From: Eledone cirrhosa
Taxonomy: Eukaryota
NCBI GenBank assembly: GCA_964016885.1
Contig: OZ024750.1
Location: 37,014,001 to 37,078,000 of the forward strand
DNA: 64,000 nt
Reading direction: 5' to 3'
The notes under the pieces were generated by a model. The model had not been told where the DNA came from and ran no database searches. It saw nothing but the letters and a program-made list of their open reading frames with translations. The translations under genes and the position numbers were made by a program. Every line of letters starts with the position of its first letter. Within the stretch, counting starts at the first letter, position 1. Positions 36,804 to 50,511 of the stretch are shown here, piece after piece.

Positions 36804-37319
36804 AATATATATATATATATGCAAAAGTTCTATTTAAATTGTTGGGATACAACAAGCAAATATTTTTATAACTGATATAAAGCACTCAACAAATAATTGG
36901 AGTAAAAATACGATATTGACAAATGGAAACTATATTTATAAAACCATATTTATTTCATTATACATATTTCAAGGACACCAAGTTAAATTATTGTGTGCTT
37001 TCATCAGATAAAATATAATATAGAGCAGTTTTATAAATAAATATTGACATACCCTTAAAGAATGCAACCATTACTGTTCAACAGTAATGGTTGCAGCTTA
37101 CCAGTGTTGGCTTGCCAGAGCAGACGTGCACCACCGGGTGCAGCTTACCAGTGTTGGCTTGCCAGAGCAGACTACAGTACACATACTGAGTGAATGCATG
37201 AATCTCTGCTCACCTCAGAGTGTATATCTCATTCATACTAATCCCACTACTGTGAGCTGGTTACACCACCTGGGAAATGTCACGTGATTGCTGTCTCATA
37301 CAAAAGAAGAACAGCTTCC

Positions 37320-37479
37320 AACACCACCACTACCACACTACTACGCCACAACAACAACAACAGCAGCAGCAGCAGCTGCTACTACTACTAGTACTGCTGC
37401 TGCTGCTACTGCCGCAACTGCTACCACCACTACTACCACTACTACTACTACGCCACAACAACAACAACAACAACAGCAG

Positions 37480-37510
<31 letters not shown>

Positions 37511-37592
37511 CACCACCACTACTACCACTACTACGACTACTACTACTACTACGCCACAACAACAACAACAACAACAACAACAACAGCAGCTG

Positions 37593-37633
<41 letters not shown>

Positions 37634-37768
37634 GCTGCCACAACTGCCACCACCACTACCACCACTACTACTACTACGCCACAACAACAACAACAACAAC
37701 AGCAGCTACTACTACTGCTGCTGCTGCTGCCGCAATTGCCACCACCACTACTACCACTACTACTACTA
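37320..37768. repeat. Compound trinucleotide repeat (ACA/GCA/CTA/CCA)
   Basis: Direct inspection; the block pattern itself recurs about four times. Confidence 0.9.
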
Positions 37769-38352
37769 TCTCTGACTCAGTCTGTTTTTGTTATAAAGCA
37801 AAGTTGTCAGCTTTGCCAAATAAATGCTATCAACAAGACAAATGTGGCCAGGCACAAGTTTATAGCTCAGCTAGAGTTGATATAATGACCATTCTGAGAA
37901 AGTTCACACAAGCTGGAAGAATGCACAGAGAATTATATTCCAAAGCCATTTGTTTAGCTACAAAAGAAATCTAGACCCTTGAAAAATGTTCTCAATAGAT
38001 ATAATACTGAAACATCATGGAATAAATTCATTTTAATTATTCTTCATCCAATTCTCTTTATCTTCCTCTACTGGCAATGTTCAAAGAGGTCTTCCATACA
38101 AATTATTGACATCTTGCCAAATTAATTTCTTTAGTCATTCTCCCATTTATTATCTACGTTTTCAATCTGTAGGGGACATCTATGTGCATGTTTGACTTAT
38201 TAGAAATAGCATATAACCCTCCCTCAAATCACTCGTTATTTGTCATCATCATTATTGTTTAATGTCCGTTTTTCATACTTGTATGGGTTAGATGGTTTGT
38301 CACATTATGAAACAATGCATGCTCATATGGGTCTCATTATATTTTCTGTCAG

Positions 38353-38442
38353 GGATTGCGACCAGTAGATAGTATCAGCAGTGGAAAGACCAATGGAAAC
38401 ATTGGTTCCTTGGTCCAATCTGACAAGATCTACTCCCACTTG
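38353..38442 (+). CDS. Candidate 90-bp coding exon
   Basis: ttttctgtcag| GLRPVDSISSGKTNGNIGSLVQSDKIYSHL |gtaagt; only one frame is open. Confidence 0.3.
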
Positions 38443-38524
38443 GTAAGTAAATGAGGTTTGGAATCATGTCAATTCGGATTTTACAAAAATAGTCTTTTTT
38501 AAAAAGAAATGATAGCAAGGTCCA

Positions 38525-39294
38525 ATAAATAATTCTTTCTACTTTTGGCACAAGGCCAGCTATTTTCTCAGTCTATTAATGGTACTTTATTTTACTGACC
38601 CCTTAAGGATGAAAGACAAAGTTATCCTCGGCGGGATTTGAACTCAGACAATAAAGGGCTGCAAAGCATGGCGTCTGACACTCTACCGATACTGCCAATC
38701 TACCAAGGTCCAATAAATAATTGTTTCTACTTTTGGCACAAGGCCAGCAATTACCCAGAACATTACTGGTACTTCATTTTATCGACCCCTTAAGGATGAA
38801 AGGCAAAGTTGACCTCGGCGGGATTTGAACTCAGAGTGAAAAGGGCCGTAACTCTATGCGTCAAAACATGACATCCGACTCTCTACCGATACTGCCAATC
38901 CACCGCCAATAAATAATTGTTTCTACTTTAGGCACAAGGCCACCAATTACCCAGTACATTACTAGTACTTTATTTTATCGACCCCGTAAGGATGAAAAGC
39001 GAAGTCAACCTCGGCGGGATTTGAACTCAGACCATAAAGGGACGTAACTATGCTGGAAAGCATGGCGTCCGACCCTCTACCGATACTGCCAATCCGCCAA
39101 TAAATAATTGTTTCTACTTTAGGCACAAGGCCAGCAATTATCCCAGTGCATTACTGGTACTTTATTTTATCGACCCCGTAAGGATGAAAGGCAAAGTTAA
39201 CCTCGGCGGGATTTGAACTCAGATCGTAAAGGAACGTAACTATGCTGGAAAGCATGGCGTCCGACCCTCTACCGATACTGCCAATCCACCGCCA
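38525..39294 (-). mobile_element. Head-to-tail array of four SINE A copies
   Basis: Four units of about 190 bp joined at aataaataattg. Confidence 0.9.
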
Positions 39295-39559
39295 ATAAAT
39301 AATGTTCTCTTTAAAGACACCATGTCTGAATAAAAGACAGGATGGTCATGGCTGGAAGACCTTTGATCACAAAGAGCTGCTGAACAAAGAGCTGTTGAAC
39401 TTGGGTTAAATAATTACAACAAACAGTAATTATTAGTATCACTCCCATCCTCAGCAACCCGCCATTACTGTGCTGGATATCATCTCTGTTATTGTTAATG
39501 TCACTTTAACTATTAATAATTAATTACAAGTCTATCCCAGCTCAAATATCATACACACT

Positions 39560-39920
39560 GTTGTTGTTGGTGGTGATTGTAGTGGTAGTGTTGATGTTGT
39601 TGGTGGTGGTGGTAGTATTGCTCTTATTGGTAGTGGTGATGGTGGTGATGGTAGTGGTAGTGTTGTTGGTGGTGGTGATGCTGGTGGTGATGGTAGTGAT
39701 AGTGTTGTTGTTATTGGTGGTGGTGGTGGTGGTGATGGTAGTGGTAGTGTTGTTGTTGGTGGTGGTGGTGGTAGTGTTGTTCTTATTGGTGGTGGTGGTG
39801 GTGGTGATGGTAGTGGTAGTGGTGGTGGTGGTGGTGGTGGTGGTGGTGGTGGTAGTGTTGCTCTTATTGGTGGTGTGATGGTGATGGTAGTGGTAGTGTT
39901 GTTGTTGGTGGTGGTGGTGT
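39560..39920. repeat. (GGT/GTT/GAT)n simple repeat
   Basis: Direct inspection. Confidence 0.9.
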
Positions 39921-40077
39921 AGATGTAATAACTGAACATGCTATGTGTGTTCAATATGGAAAACTTTACTTAAAACAATTGTAAATATACAAACAACAAC
40001 AACAATATACAGACATGCATATTTGTTAAAATAAAGAAATGTCTAACCCATGCTAGCATGGAAGATAGACGTTAAAC

Positions 40078-40110
<33 letters not shown>

Positions 40111-40824
40111 AGAAAAGTATAAAAACTATTTCAACATCAGTTTTTTCTTCTTTCACTGATGTTGTCAACGGTAACAGATATGTACTGGACACCAATGACC
40201 TAATTAAAAAAATAATTAGCTTGGTAGTTATATAATTAGCTTGCAGTATTTAACAACAATTAAATGGAATTACCTTCTTCCCCTTCGAAGGAGGTAAATC
40301 CTTCATTTGGAATGCAACATGCTGCCACAATGCAGAGGACAGGAAGACAAGTAAATACTGGGGCTTGACGGACGCTTCCTCTTTGTATTGGTTGCGGTCA
40401 AGACTTCAGGCATCCTCAGACCCCAGACTGCTGACCTCTTCTGTAAAATCAGAATAACAGCAGCCCGTCAAAGGAAGAAGCCCTACAACAAGGTAGGGTG
40501 GCTGTAATGGGTGTCATTGGCCACAGTCTGTTGCAATGCCTTTGCTATTTTGTCCATGTCCATGTGGTGCAGCCAAAACACTACTCTGACTTAGGGGTGG
40601 AGTCTATCACCCTCTTCCCTTCCCCCTTTCTTTCGTTGCCTAATAATCCTTGCTCTTTCCCTCTTTTTCCTCTCATTTATAGCATTTATAGTCCTTTCCA
40701 ATACTACTTTCATTTTCTACATATTTAACTAAACATTAAATTCTTTATTATTTTTATTATTATTTTTATCCTAAAAACTTATTGTCTGATTAAATAAAAA
40801 CACAATCTTTAAAAAAAAACAACA

Positions 40825-41650
40825 GTTCTGAGTTCAAATCCTGCTGAGGTCAACTTTAACAGTCTATCCTTCCAGAATTGATTTGATTAACATTCAGCCT
40901 CTCTCAGATATTGCTGGCCTTGAGTATATTGGCAGTTTTGGTGGAGCATCGGACAACATGTTTTATGGCATAGGGTTATGCCCGTTTACGATCTGAGTTC
41001 AAATCCTACCGAGGTTGACTTTGCCTTTCATCATCATCATGGAGTCGATAAAATAAAGTACCAGTAATGCACTGGAGTCAATTTAATCGATTTTCCCTCC
41101 CCAAAAATTGTTGGCCTTGTGTCTAAATCAGAAACCAATATTATTATTAGTATTATTAAGTACCAGTAATGTACTGGATAGTTGCTGGCCTTGTGCCAAA
41201 AGTAGAAACAATTATTAGTATTATCATTAGGGCGGTGGATTGGCAGTAGAGCGTCGAATGCCCTGCTTCGTGGCATAGAGTTACGACTCTTTACGTTCTG
41301 AGTTTAAATCCCACCAAGGTTAGCTTTACCTTTCATCCTTAAGGGGGTCAATAAAATAAATTACCAGTAATGCACTGGGGTCGATTTAATTGACTTTCCC
41401 CTCACCTTCAAATTGCTGACCTTATTGCTGACCTTATTGCTGACATTATTGATATTACCATTGGCAGTGATACTACTAATATTATCGATTGACAGAATCG
41501 GTAGAGCATCAGACAACATGATTTGTGGGATATAGTTACATCCCTTTACATTTTGTACTAGGGTCGATAAAATAAAGTACCAGTTAACTACTGGCGTTGC
41601 TTCTTCTTTCCCTAAATTGCTGGCCTTGTGCCTCAATTGGAAACCATTGT
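40825..41650 (+). mobile_element. Cluster of degraded SINE A-type copies
   Basis: Repeated gagttcaaatcc..gcctttcatc..gtcgataaaataaagtaccag..gctggccttgtg. Confidence 0.75.
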
Positions 41651-41821
41651 TCTCAATATATTTATGTATCCAGTTCAGCAGTTAATATTAAAGTGAACTG
41701 TATATCTGAGATATCTATGAAATATTGGAAACTATATTGAATTTGGGAAAATAGGTACAGTTGGTTATATTGGAATCAGTATATCACTGGTATATACGAA
41801 CTTCAGTATATGACTGACATA

Positions 41822-42385
41822 TATTAACCTCAGTGTATCACTGTCATTACTGGTAGGCAGTGAATTAGCAGAGTCGTAAGAATGTCTAATAGAATGTATG
41901 GTATTTATTAACCTCAGTGTATCACTGCTATTACTGGTAGGCAGTGAATTAGCAGAGTCATTAGAATGTCTAATAGAATGTATGGTATTTATTAACCTCA
42001 GTGTATCACTGCTATTACTGGTAGGCAGTGAATTAGCAGAGTCGTTAGAATGTCTAATAGAATGTTTTGCGGTATTCGTTCCTGCTCTCTGAGTTCAAAT
42101 CCTACCGAGGTCAACTTTACCTTTCATCCTTTCGAGATTAATAAAAAAAGTACCAGTCAAGTACTGGGATCTATTATTCCTCTATATCTCTTTCTCATTT
42201 CTATTCTCTCACTGACATTCCTTGTCTGGAAGAAATCTGCTGTATTCAGGCCTGTAGAAGGGATGGGCTCTGCCAGGTTTAAAAATGCCCCCAAAACGCT
42301 GTTTGTCAATACAGTACTCCAATGATTCATCAGGAGTTACAGGACTATGTATGGTATTTATTAACCTCAGTGTAGCACTGTTATT
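41822..42385 (+). mobile_element. SINE C with a triplicated 84-bp (flank + head) unit
   Basis: Unit tattaacctcagtgtatcactg..ggtaggcagtgaattagcagagtc..agaatgt x3; the flank sequence recurs after the SINE at about 42350-42385. Confidence 0.75.
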
Positions 42386-43864
42386 TACTTAAATAAACCC
42401 CCAGAAAGATGAAAAGCACATTTAACATCAACATGATTTAAACTCAGAATATAAAGAGTCATAAAACATTGCAGCATACTTTCTTTGATGGTTTAATGGT
42501 TTAGAAAATTCACCATTTTGTACGTCTATATGTGTGTGTATGTGAGCATTTGTATATGTGAGCACTTATGTATGTATTTATGTCTTTGTTTGTGTGTATG
42601 TGTGTGTCTGTACAAGTATGTCTACATTTTCAATATATTTGTACACACTTACACATACATACAGCTATATGTATATACATACAAACTACCAATACACACA
42701 TACACACACACATATATATCTGGGGAATATAAATATATACTGGGTATGTTACAGGAGTTGTAAACACCCACCAACACGAAAGATGGAATATTTATCATAA
42801 ATATTAAATTTACTCCATAATACAATCACAGGTCACAACAGGGAAACTAATTATAATATAAAATATTGTATGAGTTGTTCTGAGATAGTATTGCTCACCC
42901 TACAGTTCTATCATGGTATTATAGTACTGGACAGATGCCTGGATAATGTGAGAGTGTCAAAAATAAGGATCAAAGGTGAATGACATCCCACCGGCATACA
43001 TCCTGTGTGTATTTATTTTCATGTATAAATTCATTGAAAATTCATTAACTCGAATTGATTTTCTCTATAATAATTCTGAGGTTCTGTTCCTGCAACAGCA
43101 TGATATAATCTACTTATTATTTGTTTTCAAATCTAATAATACACATTGTGAAACAAAGCCTAACTCTGATCGAAAGCTGTTGATGTAAAAATATTCAGCC
43201 ATGTTTTTTTACAGAGGAACTGACATGCAAGGGAATTAAGTGAATGGTATTATCTGCTGCTTTTAGTTTTTAAATTTATGCATAAGATAAAATTAATCTC
43301 TTATTTTACAATTTATACAAATTATAGAGTATTAGATATTCAGTTTATTTATGCATGACAACTAGCAATTTGTAATCTATACTACGTATAAAAATAGCCT
43401 GAAGTTTGTGTGTATTTATTTTTTAGAAATACTTATTTTTCTGACATATAAATCTTACAAAAATGTTTGTAAAAAATTCTGCCAGAATCAATGTCTAATG
43501 GAACTTATTTACATTTCACTATCTCGGTAAGATTAGTCATCTTTTAAAAGCGTTTCGTTTCTTTTCATTTCTCATATCATAATTCTCTATAATTCAATGT
43601 TCAGTTCGTTTAGTTTCATTTTTTTTTTTTTCATAACTAATTTTTTCTATTGCTTAATGGTTAGTACATTAAGTATGAACCAAGAAATTGTTTGAGACAT
43701 CCATTTTGGAAAAATTCCACTACCCACCCACAAATTTCATAAAGACAAACATTTATTTCATTCTAGTGGGCCATCAGCCTCCAGGCTAACCTCCTCCCCT
43801 TTTCCCTCCATGTGTGTGTAATAATAGTTATATACTTATATGTGTGTTGGGGGAGGGGAGCAAA

Positions 43865-44400
43865 ACCAGCTGGATAAATTTTATCCTTACTAGAAGTGAC
43901 AGAGTGTCTATTGTAAACACAAAGTCTCTCCCTCGTGAAGAATGCACCTCCCAACATAGCCTAATAGTTAGTGACCTCAGAGTCAGGACTAGATGTACTC
44001 GACGACAGAGGACTAACTTGAGGAGAAGAATATGGAATTTAAAGGACCCCAAAGCTAGCAACAAATTTAAAAGAATATTGCTTGATGCTTTTGATAATAA
44101 GGAAGAGCAATTAGAAACATACAATATAGAGAAACAGTGGGATTTTTTTAAAGTTAACCTGCTTTAACCAGACCTTTAGGCAGGAGGAGAGTAACTTGGT
44201 GGTGGAACCATAAGGTGGAGGAGACAATCAAGGCCAAAAAGCAGGCTTGGAAAGAATGGTAGGATGGGGGAAGTAGAGAACACTATCAGGTGGCTAGAAG
44301 AGACACTAGATGACAAGTGTACTTTGCAAGAAGGGAAGCAAAGGATAGAAAGTTCAAGCATGTTCTACAACGCGAGGACCAAAAACGTGAGGTATTCAGG
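43865..44400 (+). mobile_element. RTE APE/linker fragment
   Basis: Homologous to about 35555-36110. Confidence 0.85.
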
Positions 44401-44542
44401 ATTGAATATATGTATTTGTGCATGTACATGGTCAGATGTCGGCCATCTTTGAAAAAACTATATAGTGACAAAGCAGTTAATTGAATTTGATGTGTCTGTA
44501 TTTCGATAATACATTGACAGATTGTTTAGGTAGTTGAATATA

Positions 44543-44980
44543 TCATCATCATCATCATCACCGTTTTACGTCCATTATTCCACGCTAGCATGGGTTAGAC
44601 GGGTTGTCCTGTTGGGGCAGTGTCCAGTCGGCTGACCTTGTCTTGCTCATACAGGAACTGATTCTGGCTTGATTTCTACAGCTGGATACCCTTCCTAACA
44701 CCAACCTCATTTACAGTGAGTGCTGGGTGCTTTTTTGCCGTGGTGCCTACACGTCCACTTTACAGTGTGGGCTGGGTGCTTTTTTGCCGTGGCACTTCCA
44801 CAACCACTTTGCAGTGGAATGATATGGACTCCAGTCCCTATCATCTCATTTCTACAGCTGAGTAAACTGGAGCAATGTGAAATAAAGTGTCTTGCTCAAG
44901 GAAACAACACATCACCCGGTCTGAGAATTGAACTTACAACCTTTCGATTGCAAGGCCAATGCTCTAACCACTAAGCTATG
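44543..44980 (-). mobile_element. SINE B variant with the longer RTE-type tail
   Basis: Family B head; tail of the same type as RTE 35100-35212. Confidence 0.85.
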
Positions 44981-45279
44981 AAAATAGTGGAATTACAGCA
45001 GACACAGGAAATAAATATTAGTGTAGTATCCTAACTTTTAATTAATCACTCAGTCTTTCTTCAATATGGAAAGACAGCTGCACTCATAAATTCAGTTTTG
45101 ATAAATAGTTATGAAATTATTATAAATATCATTAGTGATTACTCTTGTAGGTATTGTTAGTGATTGCTAGTTGTGATCTGTTGGACTGTGCTACAGAACT
45201 AGTTGACTAAATAGAGTATTTGATATAGTTAATTATTACTAACTGTGATGAGAACTGTTTGACTAAATAAAGTATTTAA

Positions 45280-45457
45280 CCTTTTAGCATTTACATTACT
45301 CTATATTTACGATTGTATCTTCATGGTAAAATATCAAATTTATGAGATTTTGATATTATTTCTTTTGACATCAGTATGAGTGGCCAGTTACAGCCAGTTT
45401 AAACAGAATGAGGTGAGAGAATTCTGGCTGGATACGTCCAGTTTAAATGCTAAAGGG
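45280..45457. mobile_element. TTAA MITE, short form
   Basis: TTAA|ccttttagcattta..taaatgctaaaggg|TTAA. Confidence 0.8.
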
Positions 45458-45939
45458 TTAAATAAAGTATTTAATATTGGGGATTCCTTCACTGGCTCAT
45501 GCAGTTGTGGTTGTTGTTAGTGGTGGCTCTTTTTTCACTAGAAGTTTTTTCAACACACTCACGCATATGTGTATATGTTTGTTGTGCATGTGTGTATGTA
45601 CATATGCATACATTTATATGTATGAATATATAAATATAAATGCACAAACACAGACACACTTACAAAAATACGCACTCACAGACATACATTCACACAAATA
45701 CACACATACACTCACACACAGCATAGCAAATGGAACACCAACCGCCGTTTTGCTATAGTTTTTTTCACCATTCCCTTCCTTCCTTCCTTTTACACACACA
45801 TACATTCACACAAACACACACACATTGTGTGATGGACAGAAGTTGCTCACATTTATATATAGATGTATTGTTTGGTTTCATGGTTGTATGGTTGAATCAG
45901 GGTAACTCTAGACTATTGGTGAAATATTTATAAAGAAAA

Positions 45940-46255
45940 GGACATATTGATGGACTTAAAAGTGATTGCAAGCAAAAGGCTAGTGCAAAAGAAATATAGA
46001 AGACATGACAAGGCCCATATGTATCTTTACTGGCCAATATGCCAAAGATATAGACACCAGTGGTGTTAGTATGACCCAGAAAGTATCATTGATGACAGAG
46101 ACAAACTTAAGGTATTTGGAGTATTCACTATCCAGACATAACACAAACTTCAACATAACAAATCTGACATCGCAGTTATATATAGAAATAGATATAGGTG
46201 TTTTATTATTGGTGTTACTATCACGGGAGAGGCAAACAGCCATAGAAAACTGACC
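45940..46255 (+). pseudogene. R4/Dong-type non-LTR retrotransposon restriction-like endonuclease remnant
   Basis: KKYRRHDKAHMYLYWPICQRY..W..YDPESI..FTIQT*HKLQHNKSDIAVI..CFIIGVTI matches the RHD..W..PD..D RLE layout. Confidence 0.7.
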
Positions 46256-46304
46256 AAACAAAAAAGTGAGAGCACTCTTTAGCTGTGATGATGACAGTCT
46301 AAAG

Positions 46305-46545
46305 TCTGTCTCAAGACCGAAGACTCATCAGGCCAGTGCTTATCCTGGTTTCCATGATGTTAAGCGACTGAGAGTGCAGTACTTTCCCCTGGACAGGATG
46401 CCAGCTATTGCTGGTACTCATTTTCAGTTGATTATACTGGAGCAACAAGAAATAAAGTGTTCAAGAAAACAACACACAACTCAGTCTAGGAATTGAAACC
46501 ACAATGGTATGGTCCTCAGTCCAACACCTTTACCACTAGGTCACA
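46305..46545 (-). mobile_element. Old V-domain-like SINE
   Basis: actggagcaa..aaataaagtgttcaagaaaacaacac..ggaattgaaacc..accactagg. Confidence 0.55.
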
Positions 46546-47029
46546 TACTTTCATATGATGACATGATAACTTCTTTAGTGTTGGTGCCATGATAAAATAC
46601 AGTCAATGCATTCTGAGAAGTCAATAGCTCTGATTAAATACTGACATGGTCTGTGACAAACTCTGCAATAGTTGTTAGCAGAGAAAATGGATGTTAAATG
46701 ATGACTATGTAGAGAAATAAACTTTAAAGGAATTAGATTTTTAGAAAGAACTAACAAGATAAATTAATTCCAAGATACAGATAACAAAGCTAATTCCAGT
46801 ATTTGAAGAGAGTTCCATTTAGTAGAGCACAATAGAGAATAATTTCAACATTTTCAATCAATAATATATTTTGCCGCCATGCTTTTCTCTCCAACCACCA
46901 CACCCCACACACTTTATATACATCAAAGAGATCTCAACTGGAACAAATATGAAACTCAATTTTTTTCCCTTTATTTATCAATCTTTGGCTAATTTTAAAA
47001 TCATATAAACTTTTAATCTCAATTTCAGC

Positions 47030-48080
47030 CTGCATTCCACTATATTACATGTGGTATTTCAGTCACTACACAATAGATATCAAAACCAAATTTCAGCCCA
47101 AATGATACTGTTTACATGTGGTATTTTAGTCATTACTCAATACATATCAAAAATAAATTTCAACCCACATCACTTTGTATTACATGTGGTATTTTTGTCA
47201 CTACACAATAGATACCAAAACTAAACTTCAGTCCACACAACAATGTACTACATGTGGTAGTTCGGTCATTACACAATACACACCAAAACTAAATTTTAAC
47301 GCACATCACACTGTATTACATGTGGTATTTTAGTCACAATACACACCAAAACTAAATTTTAACCCACATCACACTGTATTACATGTGGTATTTTAGTCAC
47401 AGTACACATCAAAACTAAATTTTAACCCACATCACACTGTATTACATGTGGTATTTTAGTCACAGTACACACCAAAACTAAATGTTAACCCACATCACAC
47501 TGTATTACATGTGGTATTTTAGTCACAGTACACATCAAAACTAAATTTTAACCCACATCACACTGTATTACATGTGGTATTTTAGTCACAGTACACACCA
47601 AAACTAAATGTTAACCCACATAACACTGTATTACATGTGGTATTTTAGTCACAGTACACATCAAAACTAAATTTTAACCCACATCACACTGTATTACATG
47701 TGGTATTTTAGTCACAGTACACACCAAAACTAAATTTTAACCCACATCACACTGTATTACATGTGGTATTTTAGTCACAGTACACATCAAAACTAAATTT
47801 TAACACACATCACATATGTAGTATTTTAGTCACTACATAATAGACACGAAAACTAAATTTCAGCCCACATCTTACATGTGGTATTTTAGTCACTGCACAA
47901 CAGACACCAAAACTAAATTTCAACCCACCCCATACTGTGTTACATGTGGTATTTTTGTCACTACACTCATTACACAATACACACCCAAGCTAAATTTCAA
48001 CCCATATCACATTGTATTACATGTAGTATTTTAGTCAGTACTCAATACACATGTGGTATTTTAGTCACAATACGCACCAA
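47030..48080. repeat. 63-bp minisatellite (about 16 units, homogeneous core)
   Basis: Unit acacaccaaaactaaattttaacccacatcacactgtattacatgtggtattttagtcacagt; all six frames are closed. Confidence 0.92.
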
Positions 48081-48855
48081 GCAGCAGGTATTGGCCATTA
48101 AACAAATCAATATTTTATCAAATGTAGTAAATTTTTTTTATTAGTATTATTTTCTTTTTCAATTTTTGTAGTATGTTGTTAAGTTGTAGATTTGATGAAA
48201 GTAGTTTACAGTAATATTCAAAAATGCTTCCTTACAAGAATATAACTTGCAAAACTTAGAAAAACATAAATTAAAAAATGTACATATGCTATTCTTAGCA
48301 ACATAGCATTTCACTGGAAGATAAAATTAATTACGATACTAGATAAATCGTATACAGGATTATTTTGTGAGTCAATCCAACAAACAGTAAATTAAAAAAA
48401 AATTAAATAAATAGATTTTGAAATATAATACAAAACATTGTTGAAATTTAATCTGAAATTATGATGAATAAATATATCAATAAATATAGTTTTAAGAAAT
48501 TTTTTTTTTTTTTTTTTACTTTAATTTCTGAATAAACGTGATAGGAAATCAGTTTTGGGATGTATGATTTTCAATGGTAGATTCACTAATGATGTTGTTG
48601 ACAATAGCAGCTTTGTAAATGATGTTATTTTTGTCGTGTTGAATTTCATAAAAAAAAATATATATAACTATTTGTATAAAATATAAAATTAATGTTTTCA
48701 CAGATGTAAAGGAAACATTTATTTATTTATTTATTTATTCATTCATTTATTTATTTATTTATTTATCTTAAATTTTTTGTCCCATCTAGAAGATTTTTAA
48801 TTCTTCAATGATATTAAAACTTGGGGTCGGAAATGGTGAATTCTTTAATATAATA

Positions 48856-49185
48856 TGATATTCAAAACAACAAACAGCGGAGGACGCATTTCACACCTTT
48901 CCGACAGACAACCTTTCCCCCACCCCGGAAAAAAACCCCAGTTGATGGATGTGAATCAGAAATATATAGGGACAATTAAATCTCTCCCAAGGTAACTCTC
49001 TCTCGTGTTGTTATTTTTATTTTTCCTTTATACTCTTTCCTTCATTCTTCTACACATCTTATACACACCACGCATCTCAACGTACACCCACTTATATCTC
49101 TCTCTCCACCACCGGATCTTGTTACCCGGAGATTTACCCATTTGCATTGTCGAGGATTCCAAACGACTTAAAGATATTTACTTAT
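48856..49185 (+). mobile_element. Dispersed 330-bp element (probable PLE terminal repeat); second copy at 63376-63742
   Basis: Reverse-complement near-identity between the two loci. Confidence 0.7.
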
Positions 49186-50511
49186 AATATGATAATAATT
49201 AATATGATATTATAACATCTTCTTCTCCTCCGCCCACTTATTCCTGGGAATGTCATTGGAGTAGTCTTTAAAGACTCCTTCTAGCAGGTCCTGTCAGAAG
49301 CATGTCTCCAATTGATCTAGCTGGATCCCCAAGCAAGACCAGCCAAGCTCAAGGATCTTATCCAACCATCTTGCTCGGGGTCTACCCCTGGGTCTCCTGC
49401 CAGTTGGTTTCGCCCGTAAAATCTGTCCAGCAATTCTTTCCTGAGACATTCTAACCACATGCTCATAGTGAAATAATTAATTTTAAGAATGTATTGTAGT
49501 TTGCTTGGAAGATTGTGTTAGTATATAAAGCAGGATGTTATTGGAAGGCTACAGCAATGCAGGTTGACTTTGCCCATAAATATTATAACTTTTTGAAAAA
49601 TAGGTAAAGTTTATATTGTCACCTTCCATTGTATAGAATTCTCTCACCCCTTTCTTTTCAAACCAGCTGTAACCAGCCACTCATACTGATTTTAAGGTAT
49701 TGTTCTCAACATAGATAATATCAAAATCTCATTTGTCTGATATTATGTGAGATAAAGCCTTTACTGTGAACATATAATCTCTATATATATATAAAATTCT
49801 TTGTCTCTCTGTTTGTTCAAATCAAATTTTACATGGTAATAGTATTAGACCCCGGGATTAACAACATGTAATTTTTATTTTCATTTGGATTAAAACATTT
49901 TATCTAAAATAATCTTTCTATAGTCAACTATAGTAAATAACATTTTATAACACCACGATGATGTCACATTTTGTATATGAGTGGGTATGTGTGTTTGCGC
50001 GTTTGTTATGTACGTTAGACCTTAGTAAGTTGCATACACATTATCTTCACACACAGAGAATTAAACACACACACACATCTACACATACATATACATGTGT
50101 GTGAGTGTGACGACTGACATAACAATCACACACACACACATATCTAAAGAGATAGAGAAACAGAGAGAGATACAATTAAAGTGTTAGATATTCAGAGAGA
50201 GAAGGGGAGATAGAGTGACATCCACAAATGTATAGAATCAGCTTAAACTATAGATCAAAGTATCAGTTTAATGTTTAACAGCATTGCCTTAGCTTTTATA
50301 AAGCATACATATGTATATATGTGTGTGTACATATGCATACTTACATTTATGTATCAGCTGTGCTAGGGTGAGAAATAAAATTCTAATTTTATTTTAAATA
50401 TTTGGCAAGGCCAGCCATAACTCGCTGAGTATGCAAATGAGGCTACTCAGCTGATGTGTACTTAAGAAAATATTACAAGTTTTCAACCGTTCAACAGACT
50501 GGCAGAGGTAT

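Noticed and set aside
37277-37974. 200+ aa poly-Q/T/L ORFs
   Set aside because: Produced by stop-free trinucleotide repeats open in several frames; the 3' unique part has no recognisable homology
47030-48080. CRISPR-like or coding tandem array
   Set aside because: Contiguous units with no unique spacers; all frames contain stops; eukaryotic context
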